From a candidate division WOR-3 bacterium (GTDB lineage: Bacteria > Hydrothermota > Tepidihabitantia > SM23-42 > CAYGYG01): a stretch of 64,000 nt of DNA. Below the pieces are notes generated by a model. The model saw only the letters and a program-made list of their open reading frames with translations, was not told the origin of the DNA and searched no databases. The stretch covers positions 1 to 64,000 of the forward strand of contig CBFGIV010000003.1 in NCBI GenBank assembly GCA_965648915.1. The letters run 5' to 3'. Shown piece by piece: positions 35,697 through 48,795 of this stretch; position 1 is the stretch's first letter, and each line of letters starts with the position of its first letter. The position numbers and the translations under genes are program-made.

Positions 35697-37325
35697 ATGG
35701 TTCCCCAGAGCATCAAGAAGACGAGATGGATTATTATTACCGGAGGTGTGATGTCTGGACTGGGAAAAGGGACCGCAACCGCCTCGATCGGCCGTCTGCT
35801 GCGAGATAAATTTAAGATTGTCCCGATAAAATGTGATGGCTATCTCAATGTTGATCCCGGGACGATGAACCCCATTGAACACGGTGAGGTTTTCGTCCTC
35901 GATGATGGTGGTGAGGTCGATATGGACTTTGGTCACTATGAAAGATTCCTTAATATTAATTGTCGTTTTGACTGGAATCTGACTTCGGGTAAAATCTTTA
36001 ACTCGGTTATTGCCAACGAAAGGAAGGGGGATTATTTGGGCAAGACGATCCAGATCTTCCCCCATCTGATCGATGAGATAAAATCTCAGTTTTATAAAAT
36101 TGCCGAAACGGAAAAAGCCGATATTGTCTTGGTGGAGATTGGCGGAACCGTCGGTGATATCGAAAATTCCTGGTTTATCGAGGCGGCACGCCAGTTGAGA
36201 AAAGAGGTCGGCCCCGATAACATTATCTATATCCATCTAACTTACATACCTTTTCTCCATTCAGTTGGCGAACCCAAGACCAAACCGGCCCAGCGCGATG
36301 TCGCCCTCTTGAGGGAGAAGGGTATCTATCCCGATATTCTGATCGGCCGTTCCCGGGACCTAATCAGTAAGAAAATCAAGGAAAAACTTGCACTCTTCTG
36401 CGACATTGATCCAGACTCAATCATCGCGGCTAAAGATATTGAATCAATATATGAAATACCGATTATGTTTGAACGGGATGGCCTGCTCGATGTCTTAAAT
36501 AAAAAATTCCATCTCGAACATAAGGCGGATCTGCGACACTGGGTTCGTTTGGTTGAGAATATCAAAAATCCGAAATTTCAAGTAGAGGTTGCAATCTGTG
36601 GCAAATATACTGAATTGAAAGATGCCTATGCTAGCATTATCGAAGCCCTGATCCACGCCGGTGCCCACCTCAATACTAAGGTTAACTTAAGGTGGATTGA
36701 AACGACCGAGGTCGAAACCGGCATCGTCTCTTTAAAAGATGCCTTAAAAAAGATCGACGGGATGATCATCCCGGGCGGTTTCGGTATCCGGGGAGCCGAG
36801 GGTAAGATTATGATGATTAAATATGCCCGGGAGAATAATATCCCATTTCTGGGGCTCTGTTTTGGTCTCCAGCTAGCGGTGGTTGAATTTGCCCGTAATA
36901 AATGTGGCTTAAAGAACGCCAACAGCACCGAAATCAGCCCCAAGACCAGTCAGCCGGTGATCGATATTCTACCAGAACAGAGGAAGATTGAAAAAATGGG
37001 CGGGACGATGCGACTCGGTTCATACAAAGCAGTTCTTAAGAAGGATACCATCGTTCATAAATTATACCGCCGAAATTTTGTCTATGAGCGGCATCGCCAT
37101 CGTTATGAAGTGAATCCCGAATATCACAATTTACTGGAAAAGAACGGGATGGTTTTATCGGGGATGTCGGAAGATTGTAGATTGGTCGAATTCATCGAAC
37201 TTCCCGATCACAAATTTTTTGTTGCAACCCAGGCCCACCCCGAATTCAAATCCCGACTCGATTATCCCAGCCCTTTATTTTATGGGCTGATTAAAAGTTG
37301 TCTGAGCAGTAAAGTTGAGGGATAA
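35697..37325 (+). CDS. pyrG: CTP synthase
   Basis: TGGVMSGLGKG, GHYERF, EIGGTVGDIE, KTKP, GLCFG, RHRHRYE, QAHPE; promoter TTGACA(35658)-16-TATAAT. Confidence 0.97.
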   Translation: MVPQSIKKTRWIIITGGVMSGLGKGTATASIGRLLRDKFKIVPIKCDGYLNVDPGTMNPIEHGEVFVLDDGGEVDMDFGHYERFLNINCRFDWNLTSGKIFNSVIANERKGDYLGKTIQIFPHLIDEIKSQFYKIAETEKADIVLVEIGGTVGDIENSWFIEAARQLRKEVGPDNIIYIHLTYIPFLHSVGEPKTKPAQRDVALLREKGIYPDILIGRSRDLISKKIKEKLALFCDIDPDSIIAAKDIESIYEIPIMFERDGLLDVLNKKFHLEHKADLRHWVRLVENIKNPKFQVEVAICGKYTELKDAYASIIEALIHAGAHLNTKVNLRWIETTEVETGIVSLKDALKKIDGMIIPGGFGIRGAEGKIMMIKYARENNIPFLGLCFGLQLAVVEFARNKCGLKNANSTEISPKTSQPVIDILPEQRKIEKMGGTMRLGSYKAVLKKDTIVHKLYRRNFVYERHRHRYEVNPEYHNLLEKNGMVLSGMSEDCRLVEFIELPDHKFFVATQAHPEFKSRLDYPSPLFYGLIKSCLSSKVEG

Positions 37326-37359
37326 AATCTGTGTATAATATAGAGAAATCTCTCAGCCT

Positions 37360-38401
37360 ATGGTCTTAGAAAATCTCTCTCTGGTTGGCTTTAGAAATCT
37401 CAAACCGGTCGAGATCAATTTTTCCCGAACGCGGAACCTGATCCAGGGTGAGAATGGTGCGGGTAAATCCAATCTCCTCGAGGCCATATATTATCTGTGT
37501 ATGGGGAAATCATTCCGTAAGGCAATAGATAACGAGATCCTTCAATATGATGCTCAATTCTTTCGCATCGAGGGCGGTGGCGAACGAAGGGTCATTGTAT
37601 ATTACTCACCGGCGGAGAAGAGAATTATCCTGGATAAAAACGAAATAAAGAAATTATCAGACTTTGCTGGTTGGCTACCAGCGGTAATTTTTTCCCTTGA
37701 AGACATCTGGCTGGTACGTGGTGAACCGAGGGGTCGCCGTGAATATCTTGATATGGCAATCGGCAAGGTCTCACGAAGTTACTTAAAAAATCTCTTTGCC
37801 TACCGCAGAGTGCTCCATCAGCGGAATCGGATCTTAGAAAATATTAAAGAACAGAAATACGCCCTCGATGCCGAAAATCGACGCCTTATCGAATCGTTCG
37901 AAGATGGTCTGATCAGTTATGGCAATGAGATCTATAGATTAAGAAGTAAATATTTTGTTTTTTTAAGCAGCCGGCTGAGCCAGTACTGTGACCAGTTTAA
38001 TCTTAAGAATATTAAATTAAGTTATCGTTCTTCTGTGGAAAATCAATTTATGGAGAGAGGATTGTTGGAGAAAAATCGTCCTTTAGAGATTAGTAAAGGG
38101 GTCACCCTCTTCGGGCCACACCGGGACGATCTGCTCATCAGCAAGAATGGCCGAGACTTAAAAATCTTTGGCTCTGAGGGCGAACAGCGCATAGCATCAC
38201 TGGCCTTGAGGCTGGCCGAAGCGGCTTTGATTGAACAAGAGAGAAATGAAGAAGGGCTCAAACTGGTTGATGAAGCGGTGGCGGAACTCGATACCGGCCG
38301 CCGAACTGTTTTTCTCGATAATCTTCAGGGTCAGGTCTTTTTTGCAACCACCCAGCCGGTTGATAACTTTGGTAAACATTTTTTAATCACGGAAGGAAAA
38401 A

Positions 38402-38418
<17 letters not shown>
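37360..38418 (+). CDS. recF: DNA replication/repair protein RecF
   Basis: FRNL, GENGAGKSNLLEAI, GPHRDDL, GSEGEQR. Confidence 0.92.
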
Positions 38419-40620
<2,202 letters not shown>

Positions 40621-40633
40621 TTTCGTTGCTTAC

Positions 40634-41770
40634 TTACTTTCTCTCTCCTTCCCCGGCAACTTCCTCGGGAAGGAGCTGGAGAAACTGAGGCGGGATATTT
40701 TCTACCAGGTAAGTCTCATCAACCTTATAGAAGACTACACCCTTTTTATGAGCCTCTTGGGCATCAACCTTGAAAATAACCGAACCGGCCGGTCCCCGGG
40801 AACTCATCGTTTTGGCATCATCAATATTGACGGCCAGATGAATAAAACCTCGTTTCATCGGCCTTAGACCTTCAATCAATATTTTATCTCTTACCCAACG
40901 GGGCGCATTATGATAGAGCTCTTTCGGCGGTTTAGTCTTTTTTAAATCAATCTTTACGGGTAGGGAATGGCCGTATAGAGCTCTGATTTTATTACGTTTG
41001 ATTTCAAAACGTTTTTTGTCCTGGGTACTGACGATATCTTTAATCTCAGATTCTTTTACATTCAATGCCTGGGCAAGATCCTTGATGGGGATAAACCCCT
41101 TCTCATCCATTTCCAGTTTGAACATTTCAGGATGATGCCTGAGGATAAAAGCCAATTTCCGCCCCATTCTTTCCTGGGGCGAGGTAAGGGTAAATTTGCG
41201 CAGATAGGTATAGGGGCGATCGAAGAAATCCGGAATCATAGCACGGATGGTATCGTTTATCTTCTTTTTCATTCTTTTCGATTCATCTGCCTTCCATAGA
41301 TGAAGAATCGGGATGTATTCATACATCCTGCGACTGAGTATCTTCTGGAGGATAAAGAGTTTTACATCACGGTTTATATTCTTTAACTGAATCGGAAAGG
41401 TCTCAGGTTTATGAACATTGCCACTATGAATCCACTGGTCGAAAGTTTTAAAGACTTCATCGGAAAGTATTTTTCGGATTCGCTCCTGACCTTTTGCTGT
41501 CTGAAAGAGGAGTGGCTGCCGCTGTCGATATTCTACCCGGAGCCAGTCATTTTCGATCATCCAGTTTATCTTATCTTTTATCTCTTTTGCGGTTTCTTTT
41601 TTAAAAGCACCATAGCCAATGATCTGGTCAAACCCCTTCTCTTTAATGATCTTTGACCTTGAACCCTTTAATATTAAAATGAGGGCATTCTTGCCTGCCT
41701 GGTATGCAATATCACCCGCAACCTGCAGAATTGTATCGATTTCCTGGTCAGTCGGTTGTTTTTGTACCAC
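40634..41770 (-). CDS. kptA: Fusion of an RQC-like winged-helix domain and RNA 2'-phosphotransferase KptA/Tpt1
   Basis: GTG at 41770 and TAA at 40636-40634 on the minus strand (track strand label is wrong); ILKGSRSK...YGAF...INWMI; LRH, KKRF, IRALYGHS, LYH, GLRPMKR..IHL. Confidence 0.82.
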   Translation of the reverse strand: MVQKQPTDQEIDTILQVAGDIAYQAGKNALILILKGSRSKIIKEKGFDQIIGYGAFKKETAKEIKDKINWMIENDWLRVEYRQRQPLLFQTAKGQERIRKILSDEVFKTFDQWIHSGNVHKPETFPIQLKNINRDVKLFILQKILSRRMYEYIPILHLWKADESKRMKKKINDTIRAMIPDFFDRPYTYLRKFTLTSPQERMGRKLAFILRHHPEMFKLEMDEKGFIPIKDLAQALNVKESEIKDIVSTQDKKRFEIKRNKIRALYGHSLPVKIDLKKTKPPKELYHNAPRWVRDKILIEGLRPMKRGFIHLAVNIDDAKTMSSRGPAGSVIFKVDAQEAHKKGVVFYKVDETYLVENIPPQFLQLLPEEVAGEGERK

Positions 41771-42125
41771 TTTTTGCTCCTATCTATTTGGTCATTACCA
41801 ATTATCCTAAAATTAGGCTAATTGATCTTCTACAAAACTGATATCTGAGGCATTAATATTACTACTCCTTGATCTTCTTATCCTTTTTGCACCAGTGATA
41901 AACTGTGGTTGACAGTTTAACTGTTTCTGTAAACCAGCCAGTTCATATTGTCATATTTTTTATTTATTAATAATGCTTTTTTAGAATTAATTAATTATAT
42001 CTAAGGTTTAAAAAAAGTCAACAGTGATTTATGGCCCGGACCGAATGGCTCAAGGACGGGATATATCTTGATTATTATTAATTAGCGAAACTTGACATTA
42101 AATAAAATTATGATATAATAGGGAT

Positions 42126-43466
42126 ATGGAAAAGATTCAGGAATTGATCAAGCGTGAAAAGATTGAATTCATTGATTTGAAGTATGTTGGACTCTTAGGA
42201 GATTTACGACATATTACGATCCCTGTCCAGCGTTTTAACTATATTATTAAAGATGGGGTGGGTATTGATGGTTCGAGCATTCCCGGATTTAAGGGGGTTA
42301 AGCGTTGCGATATGATTGTTCGCCCGGATCTCGACTATCATTTCATCGATCCCTTTTTTTGCGAAAGGACACTTTCATTTTTTGGTAACTGTCTTTACAG
42401 TTATGATCAGTCACCATTTGAAAAAGATCCAAGAAATCTTGTCGTAAAATTGACTGATCTTCTCAAAAAGAAAGGATTAACCGCCTATTTCCTGCCGGAA
42501 CTTGAATTCTATCTATTTAATGCAATCGAATTTGATGAAGGGCCAGGTTATAGTTTTTACCGAATCGTATCTGAGGAAGCGATACCCGATGAGCGTTTTC
42601 CTGATCAGGGCTATCGTTTAAGGAAAAAAGGTGGTTACCATACTGTTCCCCCATTTGATCGAACTTATAATTTCCGTGATAAACTTACACAATTACTCCA
42701 GGCCTGCGGGATTGAGGTAAAATACCATCATCACGAGGTAGGACCAGCATCTCAGGTTGAGATTGAACTGGCATTTAATGATATTAAGAAGATTTGTGAT
42801 TTTATAATCCTCGCCAAATATCTCATCAGAAATTGCGCCCACCGGGCAGGTCTCTCAGCAACCTTTATGCCCAAACCACTCTATGGTGAACCGGGTAATG
42901 GACTACATATCCACCATTATCTTAAAAAAGATGATAAACCAATCCTCTTCAGCCTGACCGAACGCTCAAAATTGAGTCGAATCGGCGAGCATTATATCTC
43001 TGGTCTATTGGAACATGCACCTTCCCTATGTGCCTTAACCAATCCGACAACCAACTCTTATAAGAGATTAATTGCTGGTTATGAAGCGCCAACCTACACT
43101 GATTATGCAATCGGCAGTCGGGCAGCGGCGATCCGGATACCAGAATATGTGCGCAATCTCAACGAACAGCGTATCGAGTATCGAATACCAGATTGTATGG
43201 CCAATCCCTATCTTGCCCTCAGTGCAATAATCCTGGCCGGACTGGATGGAATCGAGAAGAAGATCGTTCATCCGGGAAAAAAGTCTTTACCGACCAATCT
43301 CTTAGATGCGCTTACCGAGTTTAAACATGATCATAAATTCCTTCTGACCAACAACGTCTTCACTGAAGAGATCATCGATCAGTGGATTGAGATAAAGAAA
43401 TCAGAGTTTGAAACAGTTAATCAACACCCAACCGTTCAAGAATTTATCCTTTACTACGGGGTTTAA
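42126..43466 (+). CDS. glnA: Glutamine synthetase type I
   Basis: DGSSI.GF, PELEFYLF, HHHEV, TFMPKP, GNGLH.H, NSYKRL..GYEAP, RIEYR.PD; promoter TTGACA(42092)-16-TATAAT. Confidence 0.92.
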   Translation: MEKIQELIKREKIEFIDLKYVGLLGDLRHITIPVQRFNYIIKDGVGIDGSSIPGFKGVKRCDMIVRPDLDYHFIDPFFCERTLSFFGNCLYSYDQSPFEKDPRNLVVKLTDLLKKKGLTAYFLPELEFYLFNAIEFDEGPGYSFYRIVSEEAIPDERFPDQGYRLRKKGGYHTVPPFDRTYNFRDKLTQLLQACGIEVKYHHHEVGPASQVEIELAFNDIKKICDFIILAKYLIRNCAHRAGLSATFMPKPLYGEPGNGLHIHHYLKKDDKPILFSLTERSKLSRIGEHYISGLLEHAPSLCALTNPTTNSYKRLIAGYEAPTYTDYAIGSRAAAIRIPEYVRNLNEQRIEYRIPDCMANPYLALSAIILAGLDGIEKKIVHPGKKSLPTNLLDALTEFKHDHKFLLTNNVFTEEIIDQWIEIKKSEFETVNQHPTVQEFILYYGV

Positions 43467-43468
43467 TT

Positions 43469-44491
43469 ATGGAGAAGAAATTAAAATTGGGGATCATCGG
43501 TCTGGGTGCCCTGACTCAGACTACCCATATCCCAATCTTCAAGAGGATAAATACCGTTGAGATTGTGGCAATCTGCGATATCGATGTTCGAAAACTTGAT
43601 CACATTGCAACGCAACTGGGAGTTAAAAAACGATATGTCGATTTCCAGGCCCTGATTGAAGATGAAGAGGTTGAGGCGGTGGTCATTGCTACTCCAACCT
43701 ATCTCCATGCCCCGATGACGATCGCGGCATTAAATTTTGGAAAACATGTCTTCTGCGAAAAACCGATGTCAACGACGCTCGAGGAAGCAGAAGAGATGGT
43801 CGCCGCGGCATATAAAGCAAAACGAAAATTGGCAATCGGTCTCAATAACCGTTTTCGTCCCGATGTTCAGACTTTAAAAAACTTCATTGATCACGGTGAA
43901 CTGGGGGATATTTTCTATATGAAAGCAGGATGGCTGATGGGGAGAACAGAATGGGATTTTGATGAATGGCATCGCACGACGATCCGAGCCGGAGGCGGCT
44001 CGTTTTCCAGCATCGGTGTGAACCTTCTCGATATCTGTCTCTGGTTTCTTGAGAAGAAAGAGCCGATTGCAATCTCTGGCGCCTGTCACACCCGCATTGA
44101 AAATGGTAAAATCGATGATGCCGCGGTTGCACTGATTCGCTATCACGATGATACCTTCTTAACAATCGAGGTGGGATGGTCATTGATGTTCGAAAAGGAT
44201 TTTCTTTACTGCAATATGTTCGGCCAGAAAGGAGCAGCGCTCCTTAACCCCCTGGGTATTCATAAAGAGATGCATGGTCACCTGGTCAATGTCACACCTA
44301 CCATCCCAACAAAGAATTACTACCGAATATCCTTTGAACTGGAAGACAGGTTTTTTGTTGAGTCGATTTTAAGAGATCAGACACCGGTTTTTAGCGGCCA
44401 GGATGGTCTATTAATCGCCCGGGTGGTTGATGCCTTCTATCGGTCAGTAAGGCAGAAGACCGAGGTCAGGTTTGACTCGATTAAAAAATAG
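43469..44491 (+). CDS. Gfo/Idh/MocA-family oxidoreductase
   Basis: GIIGLG, IATP..LH, GKHVFCEKP, RF.P. Confidence 0.9.
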   Translation: MEKKLKLGIIGLGALTQTTHIPIFKRINTVEIVAICDIDVRKLDHIATQLGVKKRYVDFQALIEDEEVEAVVIATPTYLHAPMTIAALNFGKHVFCEKPMSTTLEEAEEMVAAAYKAKRKLAIGLNNRFRPDVQTLKNFIDHGELGDIFYMKAGWLMGRTEWDFDEWHRTTIRAGGGSFSSIGVNLLDICLWFLEKKEPIAISGACHTRIENGKIDDAAVALIRYHDDTFLTIEVGWSLMFEKDFLYCNMFGQKGAALLNPLGIHKEMHGHLVNVTPTIPTKNYYRISFELEDRFFVESILRDQTPVFSGQDGLLIARVVDAFYRSVRQKTEVRFDSIKK

Positions 44492-45959
44492 TTTTTTTTT
44501 GCTGGTGGCCTCTTGTGCACTTGCAATCTCGTTCTTTCCCTGGCCATTGCATTTTTTGAGTTGTGGTGCATTAGTTCCACTATTCTTATTGATCGAAACA
44601 AAAAATAACAAGAAGGTATTCTGGACTGGTTTTTTCTTCGGTTTCTGCTTTAGCATATTCCTCCTCTTCTGGTTAATCTTTCTCCAGGTGCCCCTGACGA
44701 TTAAAGCCTGGCTAATCTTCGGGTTTTTTTTACTCAGTGCCTTCATCGGTTTCTATTTTGCTACATTTACGCTCCTCACCAGCTGGCTAGGGCTTACCTG
44801 GGCACCCCTTGTTCTCATCACCCTTGAATATATTCGTTCAATCGGTGAGATTGGTTTTCCCTGGGGTGTGCTCGGTTACTCAATTGTTCCATATACACCA
44901 ATAATTCAAATAGCCGCGGTGTTTGGTATCTGGGGAATCTCTTTCTGGATTGTGCTGGTCAACCTTGCGCTTCACCGTCTGATCAAGGTCTGGTCAATAA
45001 GTAAGTTACGTCTTCCTGTGTTATTATATCTAATCGGACTAATCTTGGTTCCGTTGCTTTACGGAATCTTAAGGATTGAGAAAAACCAGCCAGGTGCGAT
45101 TCGGGTCGCCATAATTCAGCCTAATATCGATCCCAATCTCAAATCAACCCGGGAGATGAAACAGAAGATGTTTGATATCCTCAGAGATGATGCGAAGAGC
45201 ATTAAAGAGCTGAACGTCGATATGATTATCCTTCCCGAAACAGCCCTGCCGGTTAACATCGAGCGGGAGCCGATATATTATAATCAGGTGAAGAGTATTT
45301 CAGATTCGACCCATTGTGCAATTCTAACCGGTTCCCTTCTGTATGAACGGAGTGAAAAATCCTTTGAGGTATATAACGGTGCAGTATTTTTTAAACCCGA
45401 TTCCGGGATTGTCGAGAAATACCGCAAGATTCATCTTGTGCCCTTCAGTGAAAAAATTCCCTACAGTCGGTTTATCCCTTTTTTACGCAAGCTGGATTTT
45501 GGCGGCGGAGATTTTACCCACGGGAAAGAATATGTTATTTTCAAACTTAAAGGTGAAAAATTTGCAACCCTCATCTGTTTTGAATCAATCTTTGGAGATC
45601 TGACCAGAAAATTTATTTTAAAAGGTGCGGATATTCTGGTTAATATTACAAATGATGGTTGGTTCGGAGATACACCTGGACCATACCAGCATGCCGATAT
45701 GGCAATTATCCGGGCGGTTGAGAATCGTGTGCCCCTGGTTCGTTGTGCCAACACCGGAATCTCAATGATCGTTGATCAGTATGGTCGAATCATAAAGAAA
45801 ACCCCAATTTTCGAGAAGGCATTGATTACCGGTGATATCCCAAATGGTAGTAGGGATTCATTCTACACCAGATTCGGCGATTTTCTACCATTAATTTCAC
45901 TCTTAACCACAGTAGTATTGATCATTTTAAGAGCATTCGGAATACTTGACAAATCATAA
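44472..45959 (+). CDS. lnt: Apolipoprotein N-acyltransferase
   Basis: GFPW, QPNI, PETA, KIHLVPF.E, ICFES, TNDGWF, RAVENR, NTGIS. Confidence 0.95.
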   Translation: MTRLKNSFFLLVASCALAISFFPWPLHFLSCGALVPLFLLIETKNNKKVFWTGFFFGFCFSIFLLFWLIFLQVPLTIKAWLIFGFFLLSAFIGFYFATFTLLTSWLGLTWAPLVLITLEYIRSIGEIGFPWGVLGYSIVPYTPIIQIAAVFGIWGISFWIVLVNLALHRLIKVWSISKLRLPVLLYLIGLILVPLLYGILRIEKNQPGAIRVAIIQPNIDPNLKSTREMKQKMFDILRDDAKSIKELNVDMIILPETALPVNIEREPIYYNQVKSISDSTHCAILTGSLLYERSEKSFEVYNGAVFFKPDSGIVEKYRKIHLVPFSEKIPYSRFIPFLRKLDFGGGDFTHGKEYVIFKLKGEKFATLICFESIFGDLTRKFILKGADILVNITNDGWFGDTPGPYQHADMAIIRAVENRVPLVRCANTGISMIVDQYGRIIKKTPIFEKALITGDIPNGSRDSFYTRFGDFLPLISLLTTVVLIILRAFGILDKS

Positions 45960-45993
45960 ATTGTCAATATAATTTTTATCAAAGGAGTTTAGT

Positions 45994-46740
45994 ATGTCAG
46001 GTCACTCTAAATGGGCAAAAGTTAAACATAAGAAAGCAAAAGAAGATGCGATTCGAGGACGAATTTTCACTCGTCTGATCCGGGAAATCACTGTTGCGGC
46101 TCGACAGGGCGGCGATCCCAATCATAATCCAAGGCTGCGAACAGCAATTGATATCGCCCGGAGTTACAATATGCCTCAGGATAACATCGAGCGGGCAGTA
46201 AAACGGGGAACCGGTGAACTTGAGGGTGCTACTTACGAGGAAGTATCTTATGAAGGCTATGGTCCAGGGGGTGTGGCAATATTGATTGAGGCAATCACCG
46301 ATAATAGAAATCGCACGACATCTGAGTTGAGACATATCTTCTCAAGGATGGGTGGTAATCTGGCCGCCGCCGGATCAGTTGCCTGGCAGTTTCATACCCG
46401 GGGGATTATCTCAATTGATGGCAATAAGTATGATGAAGATACCGTCCTCAATCTGGGGCTTGAGGCTGGAGCGCTGGATGTGAACAAAGAGGATAGCACA
46501 ATTACGATCGTAACATCGGTTGAAGATTTTAAGAAGATGAAGGATGTCCTTGCTCAGAATAAAATTGAAATTGTTAATGCTGAGATTACCCGGGTTCCCC
46601 AGAACACAGTTCCGGTTAGTGAAAAAGAAGCGGAAAAGGTTCTTAAACTCTATGAGGCGCTCGACGAACACGATGATGTCCAGCATGTCTATGCCAATTT
46701 TGATATCCCGGATGAGATAATGGAAAAATTGGCCAGTTGA
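45994..46740 (+). CDS. yebC: YebC/PmpR-family protein
   Basis: MSGHSKW, NPRLR, YEGYGPGG, TDNRNRT, DDVQHVYAN. Confidence 0.96.
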   Translation: MSGHSKWAKVKHKKAKEDAIRGRIFTRLIREITVAARQGGDPNHNPRLRTAIDIARSYNMPQDNIERAVKRGTGELEGATYEEVSYEGYGPGGVAILIEAITDNRNRTTSELRHIFSRMGGNLAAAGSVAWQFHTRGIISIDGNKYDEDTVLNLGLEAGALDVNKEDSTITIVTSVEDFKKMKDVLAQNKIEIVNAEITRVPQNTVPVSEKEAEKVLKLYEALDEHDDVQHVYANFDIPDEIMEKLAS

Positions 46741-46757
46741 ATTGACCATAATCCGCG

Positions 46758-47207
46758 ATGGTAATTATCGGACTTGACCCAGGTCTCACCGCCACTGGTT
46801 TTGGTGTTGTTGAAGATGGTCGCCTGTTAGATTATGGTGTCTTTAAGCCTGATCGATCCGTACTTGCCGAGCAGAAGATTAAAAAGTTAACTGCCGATGT
46901 AGAGCATCTGGTCAAGAAATACCAGCCGAGAGTCTGTGGCCTGGAGACCGTCTTTTATCGGAAGAATCTGAGAACTGCATTAATATCCTCTCAATTGAGG
47001 GGTGCTTTTATTTACATCCTCAGTCAGTATAATGTAAAGATTACCGAAGTTTCCCCGGCCAGGGTAAAACTGGCATTAACGGGCAACGGCCGGGCATCCA
47101 AGTCTCAGGTTCAATATATGGTAAAACAGTTGTTTAAGATTTCAGTTCCCCTCCCGGCCGATGCGGCTGATGCAATTGCTATCGCATTCTGTGCAGGTAA
47201 AGGATGA
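46758..47207 (+). CDS. ruvC: Holliday junction resolvase RuvC
   Basis: IGLDPG, ETVF, K..LTGNGRASK.QV, DAADA. Confidence 0.93.
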   Translation: MVIIGLDPGLTATGFGVVEDGRLLDYGVFKPDRSVLAEQKIKKLTADVEHLVKKYQPRVCGLETVFYRKNLRTALISSQLRGAFIYILSQYNVKITEVSPARVKLALTGNGRASKSQVQYMVKQLFKISVPLPADAADAIAIAFCAGKG

Positions 47208-47749
47208 TCCACTTTCTCTCTGGCACCATAAGTGAAAAAGATCCACCCCGTCTGGTCATCGATGTGGGCGGTGTAGGATTTGTTGTATATATGCCACTCT
47301 CCCTCTTCCCTCGATTAGGTGATGTTGGTAGCAAGTCGAAGATTATAACCCGACTAATTGTGAAAGAGGAATCTCTTGAACTATATGGCTTTATGACCGG
47401 TGAGGAATTAGCCCTGTTTGATGATTTAACCACTGTTCCGGGAATCGGACCAAAGACTGCACTCAATTTAATGTCCCGGTTTTCAGTGAACGAGCTGCTA
47501 ACCGCAATAGAAAATCAGAATGATGACTTGCTCGCCACGGTCCCCGGTATCGGCAAGAAGACCGCGGCCAAAATAATATTAGAACTGAAAGGTAAAATAA
47601 AATTTGAAAAAGATCGGCCTGGTTTTACCCAGGCGATCGATGCCCTGGTCAGTCTCGGTTTGACGCGTAATGAAGCGATAGATAAGTTAAGAAATATTGA
47701 CCCTAATCTCAGTCCCGAAGAGATGGTGCGAAAGGCACTCCAGCGATAA
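47204..47749 (+). CDS. ruvA: Holliday junction DNA-binding protein RuvA
   Basis: DVGGVG, LYGF, two PGIG.KTA HhH motifs, AL.SLG. Confidence 0.94.
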   Translation: MIHFLSGTISEKDPPRLVIDVGGVGFVVYMPLSLFPRLGDVGSKSKIITRLIVKEESLELYGFMTGEELALFDDLTTVPGIGPKTALNLMSRFSVNELLTAIENQNDDLLATVPGIGKKTAAKIILELKGKIKFEKDRPGFTQAIDALVSLGLTRNEAIDKLRNIDPNLSPEEMVRKALQR

Positions 47750-47750
47750 G

Positions 47751-48773
47751 ATGCAGGTCGAAAGAAGAATAACTCATCCTGAGCCCTTTGAAGGTGAAGA
47801 GGCCCTTGATATCGCCCTGCGCCCCAGGATCCTGGATGAGTTTGTCGGCCAAAATAAGATTAAAGAAAATTTAAAGGTCTTTATTGAAGCAGCCCGGCAG
47901 AGAGATGAATCGCTCGACCATATCCTGCTCCATGGACCCCCCGGTCTTGGTAAGACAACGCTGGCCCATATTATCTCGAATGAAATGGGGACCCGGATTG
48001 AGGTGACGACCGGCCCGATCCTCGAGAGGCCTTATGACCTGGCTGGTATTCTGACAAAATTGGAAGACAAGAATATCTTCTTTATCGATGAAATTCATCG
48101 AATGAACAAGACAGTTGAGGAATACCTCTATCCAGCACTCGAAGATTTTAAGATCGATATTGTTATGGATAAAGGGGTCTATGCCCAGACGATGAAATTG
48201 AATCTTAAACATTTTACAATGATTGGGGCAACAACCCGTATCGGGCTACTGACCGCACCCCTGAGAAATCGTTTCGGTATAACCTTACGATTTGACTATT
48301 ATCCGGTTGATGACCTGTTCAAGATTATTAACCGGTCTGCCCGGATCTTAGGGATTGAAATTGATGAGTCCGGGGCAAGAGAAATTGCCCGGCGGTCCCG
48401 CGGGACACCAAGGGTGGCGAATCGTCTATTACGCCGGGTGCGCGATTTTGCTCAGGTAAAAGGAAAGAAGGTGATTGATCGGGAGATTGCAGATTATAGT
48501 TTAGGGCAGCTCGATGTTGACCAGAGGGGACTCGATGATATGGACAAGAAGATAATTTTGACGATAATTGAAAAGTTTAAGGGAGGACCGGTCGGACTTA
48601 ATAGTCTATCAGTAGCGGTCAGTGAAGATCCTCAGACAATCGAAGAGGTCTATGAACCATTTTTAATAATGGAGGGTTTTATTAAAAGGACGCCAAGGGG
48701 AAGAGAAGCAACTGATCTGGCTTATCGCCATTTCGAAATTAAATCCCACCCGAGCAGGTCGAGTTTATTTTAA
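47751..48773 (+). CDS. ruvB: Holliday junction branch-migration helicase RuvB
   Basis: [41 protein letters not shown]; start reassigned to ATG 47751. Confidence 0.97.
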   Translation: MQVERRITHPEPFEGEEALDIALRPRILDEFVGQNKIKENLKVFIEAARQRDESLDHILLHGPPGLGKTTLAHIISNEMGTRIEVTTGPILERPYDLAGILTKLEDKNIFFIDEIHRMNKTVEEYLYPALEDFKIDIVMDKGVYAQTMKLNLKHFTMIGATTRIGLLTAPLRNRFGITLRFDYYPVDDLFKIINRSARILGIEIDESGAREIARRSRGTPRVANRLLRRVRDFAQVKGKKVIDREIADYSLGQLDVDQRGLDDMDKKIILTIIEKFKGGPVGLNSLSVAVSEDPQTIEEVYEPFLIMEGFIKRTPRGREATDLAYRHFEIKSHPSRSSLF

Positions 48774-48795
48774 CAGAAGACTGAACCCTTAAAAT

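Noticed and set aside
40634..41770. ORF-track label placing the 378-aa ORF on the + strand
   Set aside because: The protein MVQKQP... is read from the reverse complement (GTG at 41770, TAA at 40636-40634); it is a minus-strand gene convergent with gyrB
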